Below are positions 25,560 to 39,600 of a DNA stretch of 53,642 nucleotides, piece by piece. This DNA comes from Girardia tigrina (taxonomy: Eukaryota). A model generated the notes under the pieces. The model saw only the letters and a program-made list of their open reading frames with translations, was not told the DNA's origin and did no database searches. Each line of letters starts with the position of its first letter. Positions within the stretch are counted from its first letter, which is position 1. The position numbers were made by a program, and so were the translations under genes. Location of the stretch: positions 1 to 53,642 of the forward strand of contig MQRK01223329.1 of assembly GCA_001938485.1 (NCBI GenBank). Reading direction: 5' to 3'.

Positions 25560-27440
25560 TAGTAATTCGCGTATGAGGCATAAATTCTTTTAGTCTTACT
25601 TCACTTTGTTCATCCGTAAGTATTTTATAGTATGAAAGTTCAAAGTCTATAGCTTCCACAACTAAATCAATTTATGGCATTATGGCGAGCTGTTACAAGT
25701 GCCATATCTGACTTTTAGCGACAAAGGATATGCATCTGAGTCTCAGCGTATTGTCGACAAGCTCGACATAATGTTTTTTCCTTTGGTTTCTTTGGCTTGT
25801 AGTTGACTGGAAGATTTCCTGTTCTGGCCTGGTGAATAAATCGCCATTCAGTCGCTGTCAGGCTACCGTCATGTAGCATTTGGCTAGACATTTTATTCTT
25901 GTTTAATGCGTCTGCAGATTTACCCGCACTTGACTGATTTGATTAGTCCACAAATTTCTGATAATGGTACAGCCTGTGGAACTGGAATGGCAGTGTTTTC
26001 TTTTCAGCAGCTGATAATGTTAGACTTTAACTAGACGATTTTTTCTGGAGACATATTCCCTTATCGTGGTCGCATATAAAGCGTGTGTGAAGTCCAATCT
26101 TGGCCAAGTATCGGATTTTGTTCCTCACTTTTGTCTATCAAGATTGGATTCCGTTTTCTCGATCTCCTTCATTTAGCCAATCCATCATTTTACTGATTGT
26201 TCTATCGGGATTGTTTTTTCCCCCTTTGTTCTTTTTTTCCTTCTTTAATGTGTTCTTCAAGTTGAGCAATGTGAGTCCTGCAACACCCATATCCTAATAA
26301 GTTAGGTTTCTGAACGCCTGTATGATGTATTGCATAACATATTCATCACGGGTCTCAATCAATCCAAGTCTACCATATTCGTTACCAGCCATAGGTAGTC
26401 ATTGAAGGCTTTTGGCTGGAGTCCACGTATGGCTTTTATTATTTTTCTAATCTCCTTCTCAAAACCAATGGCAAATGCTTTCTTTTGTTTCTGGGTGACA
26501 GTAAACAGATAGTTATTTATTCGGTATGTTGTAGTTCCGAAATGAGAAGATTAGACGCCAGTGAATGAAGGTCTTGTATGCGTCGATCTTTTGTCATGGA
26601 TCAAGTGATGAACTTGCTATCTTTTTCATGTCTCTTATGATGCTCTTGAATAGTTCGACCGGGGAGCCTTTTGTTTTTCTTGAAAAATCTACTCCAATGT
26701 ATCGATATCCCTTCCCATCGTCGACTATTGGAATCTCTTCTCCATTACTGAAGATCTTGTCGCTTTCTTTGGATGTTGATAGGTAGCCGGATTTACTTGG
26801 ATTGATGGTCACCGAGGTCCAAGAGGCCAATTTTAAGGCATTGTTAACCATTTCTAGGAGACATTCATGCGTGTTGGATATTAGTGCAATATCATCGGCA
26901 TAAGCGAGGCATGAGATTTAGCATTCTTCTATCCGTATACCGGAGTCGGAGGAATTATGGATTTCGGTCAAGATCGGATCGACACCGACGTTAAATAGGA
27001 GCATTGAGAGTGGACATCCTTGTCTAACTCCTCAGTTGATCGGTATAGCTGGAATCGATCTGTCGTTACAGGAATACTCTGTGTTTTCTGAGTAAATCCT
27101 CTTCATCAAGTCGCAGGATTTTGTATTCATCCCCTTTCTTCTCAGTACCTCAATCACATGATCTTTAGGCGTTCTACTGAAAGCATCTGTGAGGTCCAGG
27201 AAGGCGATTTAGAGTTCTTCTAGTTCTTCAGGAATTATTCTCAATACATTGTTGTGCTCTGCGCATCCCTCGGAGGTGCATCTGCTCTTTTGTAGCGGGA
27301 AAATCAGGTCATTTTCCATTAGCCATTTTTGAAGTTGAGCTGTCAGGCCCGATGCAAAAACCTTATAGATGCATTCTAGTAGAGCAATTGGTCTCCAGGA
27401 CGACACCTCGTCATTTTTATCGTCTTTTCCTGGTTTATCA
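25560..27440 (-). mobile_element. 5'-truncated non-LTR retrotransposon of the RLE group (R2/R4/NeSL-like)
   Basis: RT motifs SSWRPIALLECIYKVF, IAFLDLTDAF, GVRQGCPLSMLLFN and LAYADDIALIS; C-terminal CRACRQYAETQMHILC..TARHNAI (CCHC + RHN); disrupted. Confidence 0.9.
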
Positions 27441-27679
27441 TAAGTTTCTGTACTGGATGATGAAGAAAACTGCGAGTCTAAGCCAATTTACTTCATGGCT
27501 TAATTAATCTAGTGTCTTTAATCGGGAAATCAGGGTTACCCGACAAAAAAAGTGCTAAATGACAAAAGCGTCACCAGACAAAATTCACAATTATTAAAAA
27601 TTTATTTTTTTTAAATTAAAATATTTGATGCATTGTTATGTTGATTTTCGGCAGGGAAAGATTAATATATAAAATGAAA

Positions 27680-27900
27680 TGGAATTCCTTTGGTCGAAAA
27701 TTATTGGGCGCAAAATTAATAAATTAAATCATTTTGGCCGGGAATTTTTGTTGAAAGTATAATAAATTAAATTAATTTGATCAGGAATATTTTATCGAAA
27801 AATTAATAAAATAAATTTAATTAATTTGGTTGAAAGATAATTAAATTAATTTTGTCGGAAATTTTTGTCAGAAGATAAATAAATGAAATAAAATTTATAT
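27680..27900. repeat. Degenerate minisatellite, unit about 45-50 bp
   Basis: Recurrent TTTTGG/TCGGAAATTTTTGTCGAAA...AATAAATTAAAT units, about 4-5 copies. Confidence 0.55.
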
Positions 27901-30429
27901 GATAAATTAATAAAATAATAATTTAATAAATATAAAATTTAAATCATTTAAAGATAAATTATTATGTGTAATTACGTTTTTAACTATTATGTATTTAATT
28001 TTAGAAATATTTTTAACTTTGATAAAAAGTTATATGGTGTTTTTGAATCATACTTATTAACAACATCAATATGATCATTAATAATTTAAAATAAAATATT
28101 TTAAAGAAACAAAATTATATTCTCGATTTTGTAAATACATTGTGTTGTATTTTAGAAATATTGTTTTTCATTTTTATAAAACTTTATGTTTGCCATTTAA
28201 TATTTTTGAATTACATTAAATATAATAAAAGATAAATAAGTAAATAATGAAAGTTATATTTATATTATTGGTGGTTTGAACTGTATATTTAGACAATCTG
28301 GTATTATATATTTAATTTATTCGTGACGATCTCAAAGTAGATCAAACGTGCTAATGATAGTAGATGAGCGGTCAAATGGCCTTCAGTCCCTTTCACGAAT
28401 AACTTTCTTTTATATTTAGAAATAATTCAATTCTATAGGTAAGTATCAAATGCAAAGTTGATTTTTTTGTTGAAATCAATCGAATCTGACCTACCAAATA
28501 ATCGAATAACATTTGTGGAAATTTTGGTTGCATTTGGTAGTACAGCCTCCAATTACAAGAAAATGTATACGGATTAAAATATCTCTAAACATTTTCATTA
28601 TTTTATTGGGTATTTTCAATATTTTCAAATGAATTTTGATTAATTTAAAATATTATTTTAATTTTCTCAAATAACTTCTCCAAAATAAATAACAAAATAA
28701 TTATAATAAATTTTAATATTTAATTTATATTTATTAGGATTTTTATATTTTTATTAATGATTTTAAACCAAATAAATTTCTTTATTTTGGGTTCCTGTTG
28801 TCAAATATTGTTTAAAAAATTAATTATAAAATAGTATAAATATTTTAGAATAATTTGATAAATTTACCTTTGTGTTGTAGAAATAATTTTAAAATATTGA
28901 GATCAGTATTTTTTATCCGAGAATTATTATTTTTTTAACTTTCTAAAATATTTCATTAAAAAAATTATCAAATAATAAAAAAATATATTTATATTTTAGT
29001 TCTTTACTTTTGATCTCAAATATGTAGAAATCTACCTAATCCAAAAAATATATTTTATTTATATTAAAATTAAATAAAATTTATTTATATATTTTTCTAA
29101 TATTTTTCTTTGTCTCGAAAAATTGGTTTATGTGCATTTTTATACACATTCAAATTTTAAAACAATCTCCAATGATTAATTAATTTGAATAACAGAGTAA
29201 ATTAATACAGTTGCTTAACTGACTGGATGAAATATTGTGGTGTTGACAAAATAATATTAATACTGTAAGATGACTACTATAAGAAGCCAATTTTCCATTC
29301 TCTATATTTGTTTGCTTTCTGTGTGCATCCATGGAATTTAGAAACCTATTTTTGAAGACTTTTAATTAAATTAATTTTCTCCAAACTTTGCACACTTACT
29401 TATTTTCGATGACAATAAATAATGTGAAAATTTGATCAAACTAGTATCTCAAAAAAATTGCAAATAAACGTTTTACGATAATTCACAAATGTTTAAACTG
29501 TATTAAATAGAAATGTATTGGTTTTTTCAATGCTTTATATTAGCTTACTTTCTCTCTCATATATATATATAAATGGAATTAATGTTTTTTTTAATAAATC
29601 TATTATGTTATTAGTAACTATTTGAATATTTTCTAGAAAGGAAAATTTCATGCAAAAAAAATTTTATAACTCCATTTAGCAATTAAATAGTTAATAATAG
29701 CATAATAATTTTTGATTTTAATAATAATTAACTTTACCTACCCTAAATGTTCCGGTCAAGAGAAATGTTATGCGGTTTGTATGCGTGAAAATACGTCAAT
29801 TTTTAATAGTAAAAATAAAATCGCTGAATCAAAATGATTATAATATTTGTATACAAAAATAAATGTTGATATTTGTTTAATTTAGAAATTATTTTAAAAT
29901 CATAACAATTTTAAGTGAAAATTGATGAAAATTTATTAAGTTTTAAATATAAATATACCATTATTTGCAGGAGTGAGTGACATACATCGCATTTTCTATT
30001 ACTTAGACTATGTTTTTCATCACAAATAGTGTATTATATTGTGAATCGTTTATCCTGCAAATTTTGCATTAAACTAAGATTTCTGTATAAAGTGGTATTG
30101 AAAAAATATTTCTTTCAAAAACCGGCGACAATCATACTCGATCATCTCGTAGTCGAAGTCTACATTAGATCTTGTTTTAAATTATGAAAATAGCAAAACA
30201 ATCGGACAAATTCAGTGTCTATGATAGCTATTTTTGCGATATTATAAATCTTAATCGTTTGAATTATTTTTTGCTGATTTGCTGCCGCTTGATTATATAT
30301 AAATATATATATTTATAAATAATTGATATGTTGATTTTATAACGTATACAGTGATGTATGTAATAATGTATATAATAAATGTATATATAATAATTTTTAA
30401 TTATCAACATACAAATTACCAAATGAACC

Positions 30430-30700
30430 AAAAAAATTGACACGATTGTGCTTGATCAGGTGAGGCAAGAATCGAAAGAATCAACAATATAACGTTACTT
30501 TATTATGCGGACGATATTGCCGTGAATGAAAGTTTGTAGATTCTGGAATATATTAATGGATATACCAGATAAAATCAAGAAATGAAAAAAACTGACTAAA
30601 ATACAAAATTGTATTGTTTGAAATTGGATGAAATAGAATGGAATTGATTTGTGTGGGGTATTTCTAATTGATTCAAATATATAGTGGATCTTTGAAAACC
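30430..30700 (+). mobile_element. Highly decayed LINE RT remnant
   Basis: NNITLLY-YADDIA motif and a downstream FKY-like motif. Confidence 0.5.
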
Positions 30701-33473
30701 AAGAAACACATTGAACTTAAATTATAAAATATACATACGAAGAAATTCGATATTCAATTTTACATTTAAATTCTAAATTTTTGATCTATGCAATATTGAT
30801 CTATAGATCAATACTTACATACATAATAAAAAATTAAAAATAATTTTAATGTAAATAAATATAATACTTATAAGAGTATTTATACAATATGTAAAATTAT
30901 TATTAAAAAAATCAAATAAAGAAATTAAAAAATAATAATTTAAATAATGTAGAACGTTGTTCATTTTTAATAAATGAAAAATTATTACCAGTTTAATTAC
31001 TCGATGACTCTTCGGTTCAATTATTGTTGCTAGCAGGTCATCGTACAACTATTGTTATTCCCAGTGTGTATTCTAAGTGATTTTAAATCACAATTAACAA
31101 TTTTTGAGTTTTTAATTTGATATTTTTGTATCAAGTTAACGATTGCAATTTGTGTTTATCGATTTAAAATTTAACGATCAACAATTATGATTGTTTGTAA
31201 TTAATAACCGAATTTTACTGTACTTCTGTTAAATTGAGATCAATTTTTTTTGACGACAAGTCTGTTAAAAGCGAATTAATTTTGAAATGATTTATTTTAA
31301 TCAAATTTGAAAATGAAATTTAGTTTTCTAAATGACAATATTTTTTAAAAAATTCTATCTGAACTATAAATTTATAAGAAAATTATTTTTGAATGTTTTT
31401 TAGTGATTGTAAAATTGAGAGATTGATTTTATGTTTGAGGATTTAAAGACCAATTAAATATTTCCTTACTTTAATTTTTAACTGAAATTTTTTAACTTTA
31501 TAAGAAAACTAATTAATATAGAAGACATTTTTGAAAGACAAAACAGTAAATTATAAGTCTTTAAGAATGAAAAATAATTTTAAGTAGAAATTCACAGACA
31601 GATTTAAAACTTATAATCGATGAAACAATGAAGAGGAAAAATTAATAGAAGAAAAAGTTTGAAAAAATAAAAGTGGATATCAACAGATTGGTCTAAAACT
31701 ATAATCGATTGAATATTGTTTTTAAAAAATTTGAACAGGTGAATTTAGAGACCAAAATTTAAATAAATACACGTATATTATATTAAATAATATTCTTTAA
31801 AATTTATACTGTAAAGCATAAAAAAGAAAACTTCTTTAAATTATAAATATCTGACTACCTGGAAGATTCTCAAATCTCTATGGGGATAAATTATAATATT
31901 ATTATTATTGAATTGTTAAAAATCTTGGTGCAAATAAATTTAATTTAGAAATTTGTCTTTTTAATTTGATTTTTACACCTGAAATATTATTTATTATTAT
32001 ATTATTATTTTTTGACGAATCTACAAAATGAAAATTCAAGGGCTATCACTTTTAAAAATATTTTTTTAAAAAGTATGTGCATGCACCATATTAATTGATA
32101 AATTAGGTCTGATATATTCCAAAAGTTATAATACTCAAGTAAAGCGATTAAACTATGTGTTAGTCTTATTAAGTAAAATGTGTTGTAATGTAGTGATCTT
32201 TCTAAATTTTTTTATTGATATTAATTAAATACACAAGTGCAACTAATTTCTTACTATCGTCGTATTTTATTAACAATTTTTTATACCTCGTATTTTTAAA
32301 AATCTTAGTAAAAACTATAAGAATTTTTTAATTGCTAACATTTTGATAATAATTTTCTTAAAAATAAATTTATGAAAATTAAATTTGTATTTTTCTTGGT
32401 AAAATATTTTTAAGTATTCATTTTTTTGTTTTAAATATCCAAATATCTTATAACATAATCGAGGTGCACAATTAATATTTTAATAATAATACAGAGCTAC
32501 AATAAATAATTTGTCACTTATTGTTTAAAATATTGATAAAACCAGAAATAAAAAGCTAATTTTATCTATAATCTAGTGTGATTGAAAAAGTTTTTTAATA
32601 CATTTGAATAAAAAGTGAAGCGATAACCAATTGAATTAAAATGTTGTATGGAATTATAATTTTTTAAAAGTAAAATTCTTATAAATGCATTACAAAAAAT
32701 AAATTAAAATACTAATATTTTATAAATAAATCTTATTTATTTATTATCCAATCAGAATTCTAATAAATATTCTATGTTTGGCAGTATCAAATTGATACAG
32801 ACTTGTTTTAATTTTGGTTTTAAATGTTTAAAAACATGTTCTATCAGTGGAAGATCCACTTGATGATTTTCTGTTAAGAACGAAACATATTATAAATTAT
32901 GAAATAAAAAGATGCATATATAAAATAATTCTTCGAAAATATCACTATCAAAAGTAGAGTACCCGATCAATTTTGATGATAAATATTTAATTTCAATCAA
33001 AATTCTGAACCAGTTCAAAGATATTAATCGAAATAAACTAATTCCTAAAATATATTTTAAAATATCATAAAGCGTTTAAATTTTAAATGGAAATCTTTTA
33101 TCTTGACATAGAAAAATATTTTCGAAAGTAAACTATTCCTACGATTTCACGAAGACCAAGGATATCTAAGTAATGACTAAAAATCTCAATTAAAAAAAAT
33201 ATAAATATCTCAATTTTAAATTATAAACTAAATTTTTTTTTAAAATTTCAATTTCAAATGAAAATATATAATTTAAGTTTGAAATCTTAATTTAAACTGA
33301 CAACTTTGAGCTTACATTGAGAAATTTTAAATTTAACGCGAAAAAAACTGAATTGAAAAATTAAAACCATTGATTAATTTAAAACTATTACAAAATATTT
33401 AATTAACAATTTTAAATTTTTAAAGAAAAAAACTTGTTTGAATATTAAATATTTATCGCTTAATTGCATAATC

Positions 33474-34295
33474 ATGTATACTCATACTAAACCCCGGATT
33501 GATTTCGAAAAAATTCTTCGCGAAAACAAATTTTTACTTGAAAAAGTTCAACACGATATAGAACTAGTTAAACGTTCTGATATGGATGATAAAATTGAAG
33601 CAATTAACGATTTGAAAAAACAGGAAGAATATTTAGAATCAAAAATTCAGTCAATAGATACATTAATGAATGTATCTTCGAATATTTCTCCGGTTTATGA
33701 AGAGTATAGTGAAGAGAAAGAAGAAGAATGGCTAAAAAACAGAAGTTCAAAAAGAAATATTGAAAACACTTTCAAACCTGAATCAGATATTTTGCAAACA
33801 TTTGATAGAATAGCAAAAAAAGAAGAATACCAAAATAATGAGAACCTAAATCATTTACTAGATACCAAATGCAAAATCGAGTCGAAGAAAAATGAAGCCA
33901 CTTTAAAAGAAGAATCTAACAACTCAAGTAAAGTTGAATCAAAATCGAAATCGATTTTGAAAAAGATAGAAAATGAAAACTATGGTACCACAAACAAAAA
34001 TAATAAAGTTGACAACCATAAAAAATCAGTGGTGTTCGATTTGACTAAAAATGATATTTCCAAGTCATTTGACTATAGAGCAGCAAATACGATTCGGATC
34101 TGTCATACTATTCATTCATCCCCACCGTCAATAAACGAAGTTATACCACACTTTCCAGATATAAATGCAAATATCGATTCTAAAAGACTGCACCCGGGAG
34201 TTGTTTTAGAATATAATCGTTTGCAACAACTAAAACAAAAAAGAAGGCCGATTTTATCGTCTATCAAAGAACGTAAACCATTACTTTTGAAATAA
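33474..34295 (+). CDS. Intronless 273-aa protein, URI1/Bud27-like candidate (coiled coil, acidic region and PP1-docking motifs)
   Basis: Only long intact ORF in the region; N-terminal coiled coil, EEYSEEKEEEWLKNR, KSILKK (SILK), KKSVVF (RVxF), TIRICHT (cf. URI TIYFSHT), terminal SSIKER. Confidence 0.55.
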   Translation: MYTHTKPRIDFEKILRENKFLLEKVQHDIELVKRSDMDDKIEAINDLKKQEEYLESKIQSIDTLMNVSSNISPVYEEYSEEKEEEWLKNRSSKRNIENTFKPESDILQTFDRIAKKEEYQNNENLNHLLDTKCKIESKKNEATLKEESNNSSKVESKSKSILKKIENENYGTTNKNNKVDNHKKSVVFDLTKNDISKSFDYRAANTIRICHTIHSSPPSINEVIPHFPDINANIDSKRLHPGVVLEYNRLQQLKQKRRPILSSIKERKPLLLK

Positions 34296-34739
34296 TGTAT
34301 TTTTTAATATATCTTAATTAATGTGACTGCTTTTTATTATTTTATTGAGTTAAAAAATAATTAAATTTTTTTTCTATTATAAATAAGTTTACCATAAAAT
34401 TATAATATGCAATATCACAATTCACGAATTGTTGCAAAGTACAATATTTGCTCCTATTCTATTTATGACAAATCTTTCTAGCATAAAAAACTTGCTACTT
34501 AAAAATTAAAACCGATTTTAAGCAAAACACATTTGTGGCTGAATTTCAATCTTTTCATATACTAATGTTCAATGTTTACATAAAAAATATTGGTTTTATA
34601 GTAGCTGTAGTAGTACCGTATAATTTGACATCTATATTCTTAATGAACTTTCCCTCATTTGTCGCGCCTGGTCTGCGATCTTAGAAACAAAAATTGCTAA
34701 TTGTTTGTCTCACGCTGGTTTCATCACGACTGTTGATAC

Positions 34740-35130
34740 TAAAATTCCGTTAATTGTACAGTAATTCAGAGAAGAGTTTTACAACATTTTTCAGCGTTTG
34801 AGAGAAACCGGCTTTTCAATTTCAGACGAATAACAGAATGAATATGGGGTGATAGGCAGCTATTTTATTAGTGAATGACATTGATAAACACGAAAATTGT
34901 TATATCCTAGTCCTAAAAAGACGAACTGTTGGCTTCTGTATTAGATTTTGACGAAAGCTATTCTGACTATGAAGCGGTATATTAGAAGCGCGAATCGCAC
35001 TGCAGAAAGTGAAGAAGTACTTGTGTACGAATTCCATCGAATTTGACAAAGCCTTTAATGCTTTTACACTTTGGATTGAGACAAAGGACAAAAGTACAAT
35101 GAATCGACAACGAAATTACTGATTTCTTTA
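34740..35130 (+). mobile_element. pogo/Tigger transposase remnant
   Basis: LRETGFSISD (CENP-B HTH-like) and a C-terminal EARIALQKVKKYL...RQ(T)KLLDF-like tail. Confidence 0.4.
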
Positions 35131-35539
35131 GTAAAATATAGTATATGTTCTAGCTCATTCCTGCTAAATGCTTATTGCAAAAATAAGCGATTTGCTTTGA
35201 ACTGAGCAATCAATAATTTTTTGTCATATAACAATAACTGTCTAACATCACACAAATAACAAAATGTACGGTCTAAAAAAACTGTCCATAAACTTTTATT
35301 CCCCTGCTTTTTATTAAATAAATTTTTGTTTTATAGAAATTTTGAATTTAACTAATTAATTTATATATGTTGGTACTAAATAGAAATACTGTACAAATGT
35401 CTTGGCTAATTACCATATTTTCCAAATATTGTGGTCTCATGTATACGAAATAAATATTTTTCCACCAACGTATAGTTAGAATGAATTTATAGAACTAAAG
35501 TCAAAGTATATTGATAATTTACCAATACAATTATTTGTC

Positions 35540-36625
35540 ATCAAAGTAATCACCAATATTATAAACATACTTTTTCCATTTGAGCGGCAGTTTGTTAAAG
35601 TAATTTAAATAAAAATTTAGTGGTCGAGAATCTATAAATTCCTAGGTCATTTTTACGGTATCTTTGGAATTGAATTATTTAACTATCAAAATATTGTTCA
35701 AATTGAGGAAGAAATGGTAGTCTGTTGGGGGTAGGTCTGGTGAGTATTGAGATTGATGCGGAAGTTCCAACTCAAGTTCTTGTAGTTTTTTCACGGTTTT
35801 AAGTGCAGTATATTTTTTGCATTGCCATGGAGAAAAATGGAAGTCGACCTGTTCACCAAACGTAGCTGTTTTTTTTCAGTTTCAGTATCATTTCTTCAAA
35901 TTGGTTGCAGTAGAAATCTGCAGTGGTCTACGAACCAGTTTTCATAAAGTCATAATAGATTACAACTGCGACAGACCACTAAACACTCACTATCAGCTTC
36001 TTTTATGAATGCTGTGTTTTGGTGCTTCATTCGTATCGATACTTCGATATGCTCGTATCGGCGAAAGAAATACGGTCCTCTTAAGAACCATAATTCACGA
36101 TTGTGAGCTAGAGTTTTGGGGCGCGTTCCTATGGGCCCGAACGTCGCTCAACAAAAATAATTTGCCAGTAAATAATTGTCCATTATTTAGCTGAATGAAC
36201 ATTAGCGATTAACAAATTGGATCTGATTTTAATTATAAGTGACGATTCGATTCAAAAAGTGATAATATAACACGAAAGCATTCAAGCGCTTTTTCCTATT
36301 TTTATTCAACTCATGTGAAATCCACTTATTCATCTTTTTACCAATTGATTCAATATTGTTTGCTTTCTAATAGCAAATATTAGCGCTAAACCATGAGTAC
36401 TTTACGAGGGATCCAATTCTACGGTTACCTTTAGTTCGTCATTGTCTATCTCCATTCCTGTGCGACCCCATGACTCATATTTGAGGTAAAATTACCTTTC
36501 ACGAATTTCATGAACCAATTTGAGACTGTCTGCTCGGTAATAGCATTGTTTAGCATGGTTTTGTAAATGAGGTTCCACGTAGGAACTCGTACTTCACAAT
36601 AGTTCGAATTTCTGCCTTTTCAATT
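35540..36625 (-). mobile_element. Decayed mariner transposase
   Basis: AEIRTIVKYEFLRGTS, KWISHEL, KKLIVSV*W...IYYDF, QYSPDLPPTDYHFF. Confidence 0.85.
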
Positions 36626-36699
36626 TTTTATAAATACCAATTATTAAATCAAGTTATTAATAATTTTAATTAATTTTTATTGATGTGTTCAATAGCCAA

Positions 36700-39600
36700 G
36701 ATATTAATGATCCTCTACCGGTATATACTTTAACCGGTAAATTTTGAAAATTTTTTATGCAACCATTTACCGGTAAAACATGTAAAACTTTCCCGGTAAT
36801 ATGGTAATTATAATAAAAAAATGAATAGTTTGTAATTGGCTTTTTTGTAGCAACCACTAACTTTTTTACTGTTTATGAAAAAAATAATAAATTTAACTTA
36901 AATAAATATAGAAAACCAATGGAATGGCCCGAGATATTCAATAAGAATTTTGCAATGCCATTCTAAAACGCTTGCTTAACAGATTTATAATATTGAAAAA
37001 AAATGAATGATTATATAATTTATTAATATCTTATCTTTTATTTCTTAAAATCAAGGGCAACCTTCCAAATCCACCAGAAAATGGTTATGAAAGGCTACTT
37101 GTTTACTTATGCAACTCAAATGATTCAATTTCTACCTTTTTTAAAAATCTACAAATTGTAAGTATATTTAACAATAATGATTATATCATATATTTTCGCA
37201 TATACCACGAAAAATATAATTTTTTATAGGCCAAAGTTATAACTTTTTTTTACTGTTTTTGAAAGTTTATAAAAAATATTACCTTTCGTGAAGATTTCAT
37301 GTCCAAAATCCATTTAAGTTAAATGATAAATTAATGCATTTAAACCAAAAGTTAATTTTAAAAATTTAATTATTAATTGAAATTAATATTGAATACATAA
37401 TTTTTTTTAGAAACTTGAATTAATTTAGAAATTTTATTTTATAATTTTACGAATAATATGTTTGTTTTAATAAACTGTTTTAAAATTTTTTAAAAAACAG
37501 CAGTGGTTATGATAGTCCAACGAAACAAAGAAAATAAAAAAGATTGTGTTTAAATAGAAGATTGGTTCTTCAAATGTTAGGGAGCATTTTAAAAAGCTAA
37601 AAAATAGTAATAATAAATAAGCTTTATGTAATTTGTGTAAAAAATCTATTAAATGTGATGGTGGTTCAACAAGTGGAATAATTACTGTAAATAAAATTTT
37701 GAGGAAAAAAGCTAAGAAATTCGACGATGATGCTGAAACAGGTTTTAAATGTACTGCCTGTGACTTAAAAAGGACAAATCACCAATATCTAGTTATTTTC
37801 AACGTGAAACTCTGGAAGAGATTGCATCCAGAATAATTGCCTTAGATGGCTTTTCTTATTAGTGTGACAAAATAATTTTTATTGGCCAAAGTTTTAATAA
37901 ACTAGGATATCAGCTGCCATAAAATTCAATAGGCACGATTGATCTGGTAAAACGTCATTACAATCAAATAAAAATATAAATTATAGAACTATTAAAGCTC
38001 AAAATTTGTAATGGAAAACGATTTTCACTGTCTGTAAACGAATGTTCACGCCATACAAACAGAAGATATTGTATTATTATTTTGTACGATGACAACAAAA
38101 ATTACAATCTGGATTTAGCAATAATGTGATGTCAAAATAATTCAGGAAATTATAAGAAACCGATTAAATGAGTTCAACATAGATTTCGATCATCATATTT
38201 TATGTTCAATCAACGATGGAGCAGCAGTAATGGAAAAAACATAATAAAGTCCAGTTGAATCTGTATTATGTTTAAACCATACATTCCATTTGGCAGTAAT
38301 AAAGTTGTTGATGTTCGATTTTGTCGCGGCGGTGTCGGGACCATAAAGACACAGCTTGTCCAGGCAGTAGAAGAGTTGACAGAAATTTATCTATTTTAAC
38401 TCTTGATGACGATTCGGAATTGAAATTCCTTTTAAAAAGTCTGATATTTCTGGAAGACATAACTAGCAATTTCAGAAACATATAATGCTTTAGTCTCAGT
38501 CCCATCGATACAATCGGATCTTCGGGTGAATTATAAATGTAATAATTTTTAAATATTCCATAGAATTCTCTAATCAATCTTTCTTTAGTTGTACTAAAAT
38601 CCATCGCACTTTTGATAATGACAGGGTAATCCTGTATTTCAAACGCGACATTATTAACCGGGCGGAGAAACGGTCAAGCTATTTCTTGTCTCAAGAAAAA
38701 CGAAAGAATTTTTGTTAACATAATCTATAATTTGTGGTTTCTAATAATTAGTTTCTTTAAATGAAGGTCCAATTGAAGTAATGCTTTAAAAACGAATAGA
38801 TTTTTGTACATATTTTATAACTGCTCACAACCACTGACAGTGTTAAATATCAGATCTTCTCGGACGGTATAGTTATACACAAGAGTGCAATCAATCACAG
38901 CTGTGACAAGAATCATGATCAATGCAACCACCAGTCTTACTATAATTAAGATTTTCGGATCTCTTTTTAATCGGAAAATTGGATTAACGAAGCTTATTAT
39001 GAGATAGGACAACAGTAACAGTTCTGATAATACGTAGATCATTAATTCGAATGAGCACTGCCAGAATATACCGCGTAACAAATAAATAATTGTAAAAATT
39101 GAGGTAATTCCAGATCTAATTCGTCAAATATAAAAAAAACAATTTTCAATCAAACATTTGAAAAACTCACAATTTATTTTCAAACGCTATTTTTTACACT
39201 TAGAATTCTCCAGGTACAAAAAACATAAAATAATTTTTTAATCTATTTTCAACAAAAAATACATAAAATAATTTATTTAGTACATAAATTATGTTTTTGA
39301 AACAAAATTTAATAATCAATATATCAATACAAAAAATTAACAATAACGTTTTCATCTTCCCGATAAAATTTAACTTACTTGTTTCTAACAAGAAACAAAA
39401 AAACTTCTTTTTACAAAAAATTTTATAAATAAATTAATATATAAATAATTTTAATATATAAATAATTTAATATATAAAGTAATAAAACAATGTGAAGCTG
39501 ATCAGAGTATAAATAAAAATGGCGATGGCATTACTTTGAAAAAGAATGTATCGGCGAAGCTGACATTGACAAGGTTGAGTTAATTGAACCAGATGACCAT

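Noticed and set aside
27680-27900. Repeat-spacer appearance suggestive of CRISPR
   Set aside because: Eukaryotic context, degenerate AT-rich units, no unique spacers and no cas genes.
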